64,000 bases of DNA from a virus. The notes beneath the pieces were generated by a model, which saw nothing but the letters and a program-made list of their open reading frames with translations, was not told the origin of the DNA and did not search any database. Of this stretch, positions 35,580 to 45,182 are shown piece after piece (the stretch's first letter is position 1; each line of letters starts with the position of its first letter). The position numbers and the translations under genes are program-made. The stretch spans positions 5,165-69,164 of IMG/VR virus record IMGVR_UViG_3300037464_000007, one strand, 5' to 3'.

Positions 35580-35987
35580 TTACTCCACAAACAAAGATAA
35601 TTTGTCTAAAAATATTTCGGACTCTCGACTAAATGGAGCAGTGGAACCTTCAATATCTGTCTCATAACTCCAAACTTCTTTAGTTAAATGATTACGGTAG
35701 AAGAATTCCAGTATTCCACTGTTAGGTATTTCGCATTCTAAATAATGTTTATTTTTATCCCAAGTAAATACAACGTGAAAATCACCTTGACTTCCATTAT
35801 TAGGACAACAATCAGGAACCTCCAATACTTTATTCTGTTGAGCTAGCTTATTAATTAGTAGAGTTAAAAAATCTTTAGCTAACCAAATAACTGACTCATC
35901 TCCATTAATCCTAATTGCTTCTTCTTTAAGAGAATCTAGATACTTGTTCATTTGTTCTCTTTGATTCAGTTGATAATTAGTAGTCAT
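35580..35987 (-). CDS. paralog family C
   Basis: LEVPDCC..FTWDKNKHYLECEI..KLSLFVE. Confidence 0.7.
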   Translation of the reverse strand: MTTNYQLNQREQMNKYLDSLKEEAIRINGDESVIWLAKDFLTLLINKLAQQNKVLEVPDCCPNNGSQGDFHVVFTWDKNKHYLECEIPNSGILEFFYRNHLTKEVWSYETDIEGSTAPFSRESEIFLDKLSLFVE

Positions 35988-36360
35988 TGTTTTTTTCCGT
36001 AAAGTATAAGTAAAACACTTCCATTAATCTATCTGATATTTTTAACTCAGGTAAATATAAAAACTCTTTCCAGTTTTCAGTGTTGTTACTAAAACAAATA
36101 TATACTTCTGGTGTTTCTTTAATAGAACATCCTAAAACATGGCCATTGTTGTCATTCCAAGTAAAGTGAATACTAAAAGGATTGAGACTTTCACAAACAT
36201 GAGTTGGGTTAATTAGTTTTCTACCGTACTTGTTGTAAACAATGTCTTCTAACTGATACCAGACATCTCTAGCATTCCAACCTACTGCATTCTTGTCTTT
36301 GAGAATATTAGAGTTTAAGCAAAGTTGATAGAAATAGTTATGAAGTTCTACATTAGTCAT
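35977..36360 (-). CDS. paralog family C (start probably MTNVELH)
   Basis: LINPTHV..FTWNDNNGHVLGCSI..YLYFTE. Confidence 0.65.
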   Translation of the reverse strand: MTNVELHNYFYQLCLNSNILKDKNAVGWNARDVWYQLEDIVYNKYGRKLINPTHVCESLNPFSIHFTWNDNNGHVLGCSIKETPEVYICFSNNTENWKEFLYLPELKISDRLMEVFYLYFTEKNNDY

Positions 36361-36443
36361 TTGTTTTTCTCTCACTAATAAAAATAAAATCCCCACCTAA
36401 GTAGAGATTATTTCAACAGTATAGCAGATAATTAATAAGCTAG

Positions 36444-36656
36444 TTATGTACTTATTCCTGCGTAATTTGCTACTCCAATACTTTGAAGATGAAAAAATAG
36501 TTCTTCTAACTCTTTAATTGAACACGTCAATACTTCATTTTTTTCATTAGTTAATTTAATGTTATCGCCTTCTAATGTGCCAATTAGACAACAGTTTTTA
36601 AGAGAGCAAGCTGTAATCTCTTCTTTTCCGTTAACAGTCTTTTTTGTGATAGTCAT
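36444..36656 (-). CDS. hypothetical protein
   Basis: 70 aa ORF. Confidence 0.6.
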   Translation of the reverse strand: MTITKKTVNGKEEITACSLKNCCLIGTLEGDNIKLTNEKNEVLTCSIKELEELFFHLQSIGVANYAGIST

Positions 36657-36701
36657 AGATTTGTATTACTATGGAGAAAGTATTAACATTCTAGCAAAAC
36701 A

Positions 36702-38327
36702 ATGGCTAAAAATAATAAAAAGATAGAACGTAAACTTCAATCAATTGATGAAGAAATTGAGTTTCTACTAAATCAACAGAAATATGTGAACGCTTCTAAT
36801 TCTCTTTATCAGTTTCTTAAAGTTGGATTTGAACACAAAGAAGTAAATGAGTTTAGAGATAGTAGATTGGCTCAAGCTCTTTGTGAACATTTAGAAGCCG
36901 TAATGGCAGGACAGATTAAGAGACTAATCATTAATATCAGTCCTCGTACTATGAAGACTCTACTAACTGGAGTTTACTTTCCTGCTTATTGGTGGTTGAA
37001 GAAGCCTCATTTGCAATTTATTTACTGTAGTTATACTTTCGGAATTGCTAAAGTCTGTTCTCAAAAATTTAGAGGATTGGTTCAACACGACTTTTATCGA
37101 GAAGTTCAAAATACAATGGAGAGTTTAGTAGATGACCCTATTACTCTTATTGAAAATAATGAAAACTTTCTGTTAAATAATTATCAGGGAAGTAGAGATA
37201 CAGTAGGTATTTCTGGAACTATTACGGGTAAAGGAGCTGATGTAATTATTCTTGATGACCCTTTAAAAGCAAGTGAAGCTAAGAGTAAGAAAGTTAATGC
37301 AAGAACCAATGAGTTTATTGGGGAAACTTTAATGTCTCGGTTTAATAGAACAAGTCAGGAAAAAGTTCTTATCTTAATTCAGCAAAGATTAAAAGAAGAT
37401 GATACTTCTGGATTTTTAAGAGAAATGGGAGGATTCGATATTCTCGAACTTCCACTTCTTTATACCGGAATGTCAAACAGTATTACTAAATTAGGTTTTA
37501 AAGATTGGAGAAAGAAACCTGGTGAAATTTTAGTTCCTGAATTAGTAACTAGAGAGGAAGTTGCTCAGATGGAAAGAGAGATGGGTTCTCTTGAGTTTGA
37601 AAGGCAATGTCAACAAAATGTTAGAGGTGCAGCAGGGAATATTATATCTAACAAGCACTTTAAAGAATACGTTCATTCTCCACCTTACGAATCCTATGTT
37701 TTAGCAGCAGATTTAGCTGAGTCTATTGAGGATGATGCTTGTTATACCGGAATTGTAGTCTTTGGTATTTATGAAAATAAATATTATGTAGTAGAAGTAA
37801 TAGAGAAGAAACTGAGATTTGAAGACCAACTATTAGAAGTAAAGAATCTACTAACTAAATATCCTAATTGCCGACATAAATTAGTAGAAAAAAAAAGTAT
37901 GGGGCCTGCTCTAGTAGCTACATTATCCAAAGAATATCCTGGCTTTATCGCTCTCGAACCTAAAGATTATGGTAATCAAAAAGAGGCTAGACTTAAAGCT
38001 ACTATTCCTGCATTTCGAGATGGCAAGATATATTTTCCTACTAAAGAGAAGGTAGAAAAGATTACAACACTCAAAGACCAATTAGTAACATTTCCTCTTT
38101 GTCGCAACGATGACGTAATGGATGCTTTCTGCTACGGAATACTTTGGTTGGAAAGAAACGAAAGAGTTGTAGATACTACTGAAGTGATGATGGAAGTCCC
38201 CGAACACATAAAAGAAAGAAGAAATATCTTTGCTGATACTTCCTCTCCTTCTCGTTCTATTTTTAGCAATAATAGAAGTCCTAGTTCAGACTTTGTTAGG
38301 TCAACTGGACGTTCTATTTTTTACTAA
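36702..38327 (+). CDS. terL: terminase large subunit
   Basis: RLIINISPRTMKT, ITGKGADVIILDDPLK, ILIQQRL, and nuclease acidic motifs AADLA and NDDVMDA. Confidence 0.92.
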   Translation: MAKNNKKIERKLQSIDEEIEFLLNQQKYVNASNSLYQFLKVGFEHKEVNEFRDSRLAQALCEHLEAVMAGQIKRLIINISPRTMKTLLTGVYFPAYWWLKKPHLQFIYCSYTFGIAKVCSQKFRGLVQHDFYREVQNTMESLVDDPITLIENNENFLLNNYQGSRDTVGISGTITGKGADVIILDDPLKASEAKSKKVNARTNEFIGETLMSRFNRTSQEKVLILIQQRLKEDDTSGFLREMGGFDILELPLLYTGMSNSITKLGFKDWRKKPGEILVPELVTREEVAQMEREMGSLEFERQCQQNVRGAAGNIISNKHFKEYVHSPPYESYVLAADLAESIEDDACYTGIVVFGIYENKYYVVEVIEKKLRFEDQLLEVKNLLTKYPNCRHKLVEKKSMGPALVATLSKEYPGFIALEPKDYGNQKEARLKATIPAFRDGKIYFPTKEKVEKITTLKDQLVTFPLCRNDDVMDAFCYGILWLERNERVVDTTEVMMEVPEHIKERRNIFADTSSPSRSIFSNNRSPSSDFVRSTGRSIFY

Positions 38328-38331
38328 TCTA

Positions 38332-38682
38332 CTAATCGACTGTCTTTACTTGAGGTTCGATAAAGGTATATTTTCTATCAATACACCTTTTACGTAGAGC
38401 ATCATTCAATCTCAACTTCGGACGGTAGTAGCCTTCGACAGTAATGAAGCTGTTTCTACCAATATCTCGGCGTTTAGTAGTTGGAACAGTTTTATGTCCC
38501 AAGACTCCAAGACCGGGCATTGTAACTTCTTTACCTTCTTCGATAAATGAAACTACTACTTCAAATACAATATCAAAAATCTTAGCAGTTAAAACTTTAG
38601 AGAGTAAAGTACTCTCTCGGCTTTTAATCTCATCTCTAACTCGTTCTACTAACTCTTCTTTCGTAACTTTCGTGAAATTCAT
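38332..38682 (-). CDS. HU/IHF-like histone-like DNA-binding protein
   Basis: TKEELVERV..IFDIVFEVV..EGKEVTMPGLGVL..RRDIGRNSFITV..RPKLRLNDALR. Confidence 0.8.
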   Translation of the reverse strand: MNFTKVTKEELVERVRDEIKSRESTLLSKVLTAKIFDIVFEVVVSFIEEGKEVTMPGLGVLGHKTVPTTKRRDIGRNSFITVEGYYRPKLRLNDALRKRCIDRKYTFIEPQVKTVD

Positions 38683-38740
38683 TCTTTGTTCTGTTCATCA
38701 AATACATTATACTGATACATTATAGTGACTAATATAATAT

Positions 38741-41700
38741 ATGACAACTGCATTGATAAAAAAAACTAATAATAAATCTTTCTCCAGTCTCAGTACAAAA
38801 TATGTTGAAAACTTTGTTACTAGAGTAGAAAGTAAGTTATATGACTTCAATAAGACTTTCCTTACTCCTTATAAGAAGAAGTTAGATGAGTTAGATAAAT
38901 CAGTAATATCAGATATAGAAAAGAACTTATCTTCTCCTGCTTTATTAGTAAAGAATCAGTTAGATGAGTTATGGAACTATCACTGGATGTTAGGTCAAAA
39001 AGATGTCTTAAGTAGTAATAAGAAGACAAGTAAGGGAACTAATTACTCTAGTAACCCTATTAATTTCATTACCTTTACTACTCAGGAGGATTTAGCAGTT
39101 AAAGGTATATGGAATGCAAAAGTAGAGAAAGCAATACTTAAAGACTACGACAGACGTGTAATAAGACTCCAAAGAGATTTAAATAAGGCAACTAATGTAG
39201 ATAAGAAGGCTATATCTGCTCAACTACAGGACATTAGCAGAGAATTAGAGCAGTTCTTAGGTAAGATACAAAACAGACAGCAGACAGCTACTACTAAACA
39301 GTTTGCAACTATAGGAGTAAGAGTAAGAGATTTACAAGAAACAGTGCGAGTAATGGAACTAAAGTTATCTGAAGGTACAAGCTCTATTAGTTCCCCTACT
39401 GATATTGATATCCTTAACTCATCTCAATTCGGTACTATATATCAGGATAAGAGGACTTTGCTATTAGGTCAATCTTATGCATCTGACTATAAAAAAGGTA
39501 TTATCTCTAGTATTAAGAAGTATTTTGCTAACAATGAAGGTACAAGACCTAAGACTAGAGAACGTGACTTATTTACTCAGCTTACTAAGAATACATCTAC
39601 TAATGTAAGTAAAGAAGAGATTACTAAAGTAAAAGCTTTAACAAATAGTAGAGATAGATTATCTAATAAGGATAGGTTAGCAGCTCAAGCAGTACAAGAG
39701 TTTATTAGTTCTATTAGTAATGGTAGAAGTCTTACAGATAAGAAGATAAGACAGTTTATTAAAAGGGATAAGTCTGCTAGTAGTATTAATAAACTAATGT
39801 CTGCTACTCAAGGAACTATTTATGAAGATAATACTACTAGATTAGTAGATGAGATGAGAAATATAGGCACTAATGAAGGTAGTTACTCTACTAATATTAA
39901 ACTGTTACTACAAGAGATAAAGAATAGAGAAAAGTACCCATTAGGGGATAATGTAGAGAGAGTATTTGATACTAGAAGCAATAGTTATAGAAGTATAGAG
40001 GAACTAGAGACATCTATTAGTAACATCTTCGGTATTCAGAGAATTAAGAGAATAGCTGAAACAGAGATATCTTTAGCATATAACTTGGGTCGTCTTAAGA
40101 AGTTACAACAATTAGGTTATAGGAAAGTAAGAATAAGTAATGAAGCCGAGAACAACAGTAATAGACAACAAGCTCTTAATACATATGGAAGTTTAGCTAA
40201 AGCATATAGGTCAGATAATAATGAACGTTACCTACCTATGTTGTGTACTTATTGCCTTACTAAGAATAATCAAGTAATGGACATCAGCACTATTTATAAA
40301 GGTAAAGTAAATACTAAGTATGAAGTAGAGGGTAAATACTCTTCTCTACCTCCTTTTCATGTATCTTGTTGGTGTTACTTTGTTGGAGTAGAAGAGAGTA
40401 AAAGAGATAGTGAAGGTAGTTTAGTAAGTGAACTAGCAGAAGGTATCAAGAACTCAGTAGTAGCAGATAGTCTCAGCAACCAAACTACTTCTAATGCTTT
40501 CTATAATGATCCTTTCATAAAGAAGTTAGTTATAGCTGGAGCAGGGTTGCTTAGTGTAGGAGCTGCTTATTATGCTTATACTAGGTTGGCTAGAAATAAA
40601 GTTCAGATACCTCTTAATTTAAGACCTAAAACAAGTAAGGTTAGTCAGCAAATTAGTAATATACCTCAAGAGATTCAAGAAGCGTCACTTAAGAACTTTG
40701 TGGATAACTTAGATACAACAGCAATGGTAGAAGTAGCAGAAGTAGCAAATAAACTACCTAAAGCTTTTAGGATTGCTAGTAGTGCAGATAATCTAATAAG
40801 TACAGTAGATAATCAACTATCTCAGGAAGTCTATACATTAACTAATAATACTCAATCTACTCTTAATGAACTAATAGCAGATAACCCCGACTATTTAAGT
40901 GTATTAAACTCGTTACTAACATCTAAGAAGTCTTATGAAGGTATAAGAGATAGAATTTTACAGAATAAGTTAAAAGGTCAAGACTTAGATGAGATATATC
41001 AGACTTATTTAGATAACAAACAAGAATATGAAGCTCAGTTAAGTAGATATCTACAAGCAACTAAGGGTAAGAGGTCTAACCTAGTTGACTTAAGTTCTAA
41101 TCTTAATGTAAGTGCTAGAGAAGTGATATTAGATAATAGAAGTAACTTACCTAAAGGAGCTAGTTTACAAAGTGCATTAGATAGCCTCAAGAGCCGGAAG
41201 TTAGTAGATAGTAGTAACCGTCAGCTTAGAAGTATTGAGAAGAACTTAAATAAAGAGATAAGTAATATAAGTGATTTGCAATCTAGAGAAAGTAGGTTAA
41301 TAGATACTAGATTGGGAGGTAGAGATAGTAGAGCAAGAGCTGAACAACTAAAGAACCTTAAACCTAAGTTACCTTCTACTAGCTTATCTACTAAGAATTT
41401 AGATACAGTAGTTAGTAACGTTAATCGAATTAAGAGAGACTTAAATGATAACCGTCTAAATTTAGAAACTATCAGGAGTATTAGTAAGAAACGTTTAGAT
41501 AGTTCTAGTGTTGCAGATAGAGCTTTACTAATAGATACTCAGAAGCAGTATTACAGGCAAATATTAACTGAGAAAGAACGAGTAGTTAGTCAACTTAAAA
41601 CCATGACTAATGTAGATAGCTTAGAAAATTTTAGTAAGTTATATAGGTCAGAGATAAGTAATAAAGCTAAGACAGGATATCAATATAGCAGTGGATTGTG

Positions 41701-41950
41701 GAGAGAAGCAAATATTACTAAGTTAGATTCTACTTATAAGGAGGTTAGCAACATTCTTACTGTAAAGAAGTCTTATGAATCGTATTTATCTGAGTTAGAC
41801 GATATGTTGGAAAAGATGAATAACTTTGAGTCTATTATCAGTTCTAATATTCAGTTCTCCAGTATAGGAGATAGTGATGATATAAACTTAAGAATAGAGA
41901 AGTTACGCAGAATTCCTAGAGTTGGATGTTTAAAAATGTATGGAAGATAA
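38741..41950 (+). CDS. MuF/SPP1 gp7-type head morphogenesis protein with long insertions and C-terminal extension
   Basis: RIKRIAETEISLAYNLGRL..CTYC..LPPFHVSCWC. Confidence 0.8.
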   Translation: MTTALIKKTNNKSFSSLSTKYVENFVTRVESKLYDFNKTFLTPYKKKLDELDKSVISDIEKNLSSPALLVKNQLDELWNYHWMLGQKDVLSSNKKTSKGTNYSSNPINFITFTTQEDLAVKGIWNAKVEKAILKDYDRRVIRLQRDLNKATNVDKKAISAQLQDISRELEQFLGKIQNRQQTATTKQFATIGVRVRDLQETVRVMELKLSEGTSSISSPTDIDILNSSQFGTIYQDKRTLLLGQSYASDYKKGIISSIKKYFANNEGTRPKTRERDLFTQLTKNTSTNVSKEEITKVKALTNSRDRLSNKDRLAAQAVQEFISSISNGRSLTDKKIRQFIKRDKSASSINKLMSATQGTIYEDNTTRLVDEMRNIGTNEGSYSTNIKLLLQEIKNREKYPLGDNVERVFDTRSNSYRSIEELETSISNIFGIQRIKRIAETEISLAYNLGRLKKLQQLGYRKVRISNEAENNSNRQQALNTYGSLAKAYRSDNNERYLPMLCTYCLTKNNQVMDISTIYKGKVNTKYEVEGKYSSLPPFHVSCWCYFVGVEESKRDSEGSLVSELAEGIKNSVVADSLSNQTTSNAFYNDPFIKKLVIAGAGLLSVGAAYYAYTRLARNKVQIPLNLRPKTSKVSQQISNIPQEIQEASLKNFVDNLDTTAMVEVAEVANKLPKAFRIASSADNLISTVDNQLSQEVYTLTNNTQSTLNELIADNPDYLSVLNSLLTSKKSYEGIRDRILQNKLKGQDLDEIYQTYLDNKQEYEAQLSRYLQATKGKRSNLVDLSSNLNVSAREVILDNRSNLPKGASLQSALDSLKSRKLVDSSNRQLRSIEKNLNKEISNISDLQSRESRLIDTRLGGRDSRARAEQLKNLKPKLPSTSLSTKNLDTVVSNVNRIKRDLNDNRLNLETIRSISKKRLDSSSVADRALLIDTQKQYYRQILTEKERVVSQLKTMTNVDSLENFSKLYRSEISNKAKTGYQYSSGLWREANITKLDSTYKEVSNILTVKKSYESYLSELDDMLEKMNNFESIISSNIQFSSIGDSDDINLRIEKLRRIPRVGCLKMYGR

Positions 41951-43127
41951 GTATTTTACAAGTAGTAGACTAAATCAAATTACTTTTGCTAATAGTAACA
42001 GCCGAAAGATACGAAAGAATATTAACGTTAAAGGGTTCTTTAGAAAAGGTAAATTTGTTAGAGCTTTTAATAGAGAGCAAGACGTAAGAGAGAAAGTAGT
42101 TAAAGTTGCTGTTGCTAGTTTAGCTGTTTTAGGAGGTGCATTAGGAGTTGGAGTTGCTACTGCTGCTTTGACTAAGGTTAGGTATAACAGAAATTTAGTT
42201 AACTTTGGTAAGAATATTGCTAAAGGTGGAATAGGTATTGAAGATATGAAGATTCCTTCTGGAGTTAAAGCTAAAAATTTACCTAAGATTAGAGATTTAA
42301 GTCAAGATAAAGTGCCTAAGAAATCTATGACTTTCTTTATTGGTGGTATGGATAGAGCAGAGAATGGTCAAGGTGATAAGTTTATGAGGTTAGTAAAGAC
42401 AGGTTTTTCTAAACAGAAAAGAGGAGTAGAAGAAAATCATGAACTAATACCTTTATTTCATAACTACCAAGTAAAGAGAGATGTACTTATAGCAGGTAAA
42501 CAAGTTAAAGGGATTCCAGAAGTAGAAGTAGCTCAAGAAATAGCAGATGTGTTTGAGAAAGCAACTGTTAAAGGTTACAACAAAGATTCAGTTATTATGG
42601 CTAATGAAATCTATAAATGGCACAAGTTAAATCCTAGTAAACCTATTAATCTGGTTACTGCTAGTGCGGGAGGTTTTCAAGGTAGAGAAGTTCCACACAT
42701 ATTACAAGCTGCTGGGGTAGATGTAAAAAAGCTAATGAAGGTATTTTCTACTGCAAGTCCTGATTATGGTTTGGTAGACGAGATTGTTCCTACTATGAAA
42801 GTTATGCACAACGATGATTTATACTCTAAAACTATTCCGGGTCTTAAAGATGGTTTGAGATTACCTTCGTTACACCGAGGAACTAGATTTATTGGTAAAG
42901 GGGATACCCCTGAATATAGAGATATGGTTGCTAGAAAGGGCATGGCTGATATGGGGAATGTAGTAACTAAAGGAGATGAAGGGTTTATTGCTGGTAAAAG
43001 ATATATTCTACCTAAGTCTAAACATATGCCAGTCTTTGTACATTTAGGCCCTGCTTATTTTAACGGAGAAACTAAAACTTCTAAAAAGACTTATCAATAT
43101 TTATACAATTTTATGTTTAAAGATTAG
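41940..43127 (+). CDS. putative virion protein with TM segment and alpha/beta-hydrolase-like domain
   Basis: VKGFFRKGKFVRAFNR motif, hydrophobic helix, FFIGGM, nucleophile-elbow-like LVTASAGG, STASP, HNDD. Confidence 0.5.
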   Translation: MEDKYFTSSRLNQITFANSNSRKIRKNINVKGFFRKGKFVRAFNREQDVREKVVKVAVASLAVLGGALGVGVATAALTKVRYNRNLVNFGKNIAKGGIGIEDMKIPSGVKAKNLPKIRDLSQDKVPKKSMTFFIGGMDRAENGQGDKFMRLVKTGFSKQKRGVEENHELIPLFHNYQVKRDVLIAGKQVKGIPEVEVAQEIADVFEKATVKGYNKDSVIMANEIYKWHKLNPSKPINLVTASAGGFQGREVPHILQAAGVDVKKLMKVFSTASPDYGLVDEIVPTMKVMHNDDLYSKTIPGLKDGLRLPSLHRGTRFIGKGDTPEYRDMVARKGMADMGNVVTKGDEGFIAGKRYILPKSKHMPVFVHLGPAYFNGETKTSKKTYQYLYNFMFKD

Positions 43128-43358
43128 AGAAATAGTTATTATATTTTGAAGAAATAAGCAATAAATATAAATAGATACTTCTATTGTTTCTACTATTTGA
43201 AGATACTGATTTATAGTTATATCAATCTTGCCGTTTTCGATTTTACTCATTTCTGCTTGAGAATAAGAGAGTATTTTACCTAACTCTATTTGACTTATGT
43301 TTCTACTTTCTCTGTATTTTCTTAACTGCTTACCAAATTCTATATTAGCTGGATACAT
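43101..43358 (-). CDS. XRE/Cro-family HTH regulator
   Basis: FGKQLRKYRESRNISQIELGKILSYSQAEMSKIENGKIDITI. Confidence 0.85.
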   Translation of the reverse strand: MYPANIEFGKQLRKYRESRNISQIELGKILSYSQAEMSKIENGKIDITINQYLQIVETIEVSIYIYCLFLQNIITISLIFKHKIV

Positions 43359-43450
43359 TATTCACCGAAAGAATTACTATTAATAACGAAAATAGTAACA
43401 TACAATAAGTGATATAACAAAATTATATTAGTAAATAAAAGAGGTAATTA

Positions 43451-43675
43451 ATGGCAGGTAAAAGATTAGTTCAAGCAGCTAAGATGGCAGGTACAGGAGC
43501 TGGAGTTGGTTGGGCTACTGGATATGCTGTAGGAGGAAACAATGATAAGATTCCAATGGTAACGAAAGGTAAGATTAAGAAAGGCGGAAAGAAAGCTCCT
43601 ACAATTCAAAGGTCTGCTGCTGTTGGAGGTTTAGTTCTAGGTGCAGGAATGGGATTACTAAAGAAAAAGAAATGA
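43451..43675 (+). CDS. basic Gly-zipper putative virion protein
   Basis: GTGAGVGWATGYAVGG and AAVGGLVLGAGMG segments separated by Lys-rich linkers. Confidence 0.65.
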   Translation: MAGKRLVQAAKMAGTGAGVGWATGYAVGGNNDKIPMVTKGKIKKGGKKAPTIQRSAAVGGLVLGAGMGLLKKKK

Positions 43676-44880
43676 CAATAATTCACTTTAATACTATTCC
43701 TAGCGCTTTAAAAGAAGTTGGTAATAGTGACGACCCAAACGAAATTATAAAAGAAGGCTTAATATTCTACTCTACTGAAGAGAACAATCCTCACGTTGAT
43801 AGTAGAAAGAATAAACATAGTTTTCCTCCAGATAAGATTAGAGAATTAGTAGAAAACACTAACAAACATTTCAATATTTCTGATTGCGGTATTCCTGTCT
43901 TAACTGAACATAAAAAAGATATTAATAATGTGGTAGGCTTTATTGAGTCGCCAATGGAAGCTAGAGTTATAGACGAAACTTATACTAAAGGCAACCCAAA
44001 ACTAAGACATTTAATAGGTCGAGTAGGAGTATTTGTTAAAGATGTTTGTATAAAAGTTCCTGAAATAGTTGATAAGATGAGAAGAGGTCTTGCTAAAACT
44101 GTTTCTGCTGGTATTGATTTAGATACCTTTTCTATTAAAGAACTGTCTCTTGTAGCTCTACCCGCAATTCCAAATGCAACTCTTTTTAGTTATCATGCTA
44201 ATAAGGAATCCAATCAACCAAATATGAAGAAAATAAAAAACAAGAATCTATTAGTATCGAAAGGATATAGTAAAGAAAGTAATTACGCTTTATCTCTTGA
44301 AGAAGCTCTTAATACGTCTCAAACTATTGAAGAACAAAGAGAAGAAGCAATGAAAGTGTTTACTGCATTTCTAGAAGTAGTTGAAGATGCTAATGAAATT
44401 GATCCAGAAGAAATGGCTTCAATGGGGATACAAGACCCGTCTGAACTTATCCAAGGAGCAATTGAGGATTTATCCAATATGTTAGCTGAGATGTTTGTTT
44501 CTGTTCCCGAACCCGAAACTCAACAACCTGCTCCTGTAACTCCTGCTAGACCTGGAATGCCAGCAACTAAAGCTAGGTATTCTTTCTCACCTGAATTAGT
44601 TAAGTTTGCTGCTAATCCTTATGCTAAAAGTGGTAGAATGGCTGCTACTGTTCAAAGCAAGATTAATGATATGGCTACTGGAAAAGGCGCTGCTGGAGTT
44701 TATAGTAAAATAGGTAAAGCAATCAAAACTGTTAAAGCTAATCCTCTTAAAACTGGTGCTGCTCTACTAATAGCTAATCAAGTTAGAAAAACAGGAATGA
44801 AAGCTCTAGATAACCGTAAAAAGAAATCTCAGAGTTTAGAAGGTAAACTATCTCGTGCAATTAAAACATTTAAAAATTAG
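43672..44880 (+). CDS. prohead protease (Mu gpI-like) with acidic and basic C-terminal extensions
   Basis: IPVLTEHKK..VVGFI..KTVSAGIDL..IKELSLVALPAI; located before scaffold and MCP. Confidence 0.7.
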   Translation: MTIIHFNTIPSALKEVGNSDDPNEIIKEGLIFYSTEENNPHVDSRKNKHSFPPDKIRELVENTNKHFNISDCGIPVLTEHKKDINNVVGFIESPMEARVIDETYTKGNPKLRHLIGRVGVFVKDVCIKVPEIVDKMRRGLAKTVSAGIDLDTFSIKELSLVALPAIPNATLFSYHANKESNQPNMKKIKNKNLLVSKGYSKESNYALSLEEALNTSQTIEEQREEAMKVFTAFLEVVEDANEIDPEEMASMGIQDPSELIQGAIEDLSNMLAEMFVSVPEPETQQPAPVTPARPGMPATKARYSFSPELVKFAANPYAKSGRMAATVQSKINDMATGKGAAGVYSKIGKAIKTVKANPLKTGAALLIANQVRKTGMKALDNRKKKSQSLEGKLSRAIKTFKN

Positions 44881-44892
44881 GAAATACAAACT

Positions 44893-45177
44893 ATGAAACG
44901 TCAAGCTAATTTTGGTATTGCTCAAAGTCAAGGACAGCAAATGGCTTTAGATGCAGCTAAAAAAGGAGTTGGTCGAGCTAAACGTGTTGGAGCTGTAATG
45001 GCTAAAAAAGGACTAAAAGCTGTTACTAAAAATCCTGGTAAAGCTGGTTTAGCATTAGCTGGATTAGCTGCTGCCGGAGGTCTTGGAATGGCGGGAGCAA
45101 AAGCAATTGGTAATGCTCGCAAACCAAAAACGTTAGGTGACAGAATTAAGAATGCTTCTAAGAAAATGTTTAAGTAA
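44893..45177 (+). CDS. basic Ala/Gly-rich putative virion protein
   Basis: QANFG tag, GKAGLALAGLAAAGGLGMAG, C-terminal KTLGDRIK. Confidence 0.7.
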   Translation: MKRQANFGIAQSQGQQMALDAAKKGVGRAKRVGAVMAKKGLKAVTKNPGKAGLALAGLAAAGGLGMAGAKAIGNARKPKTLGDRIKNASKKMFK

Positions 45178-45182
45178 ACAAT

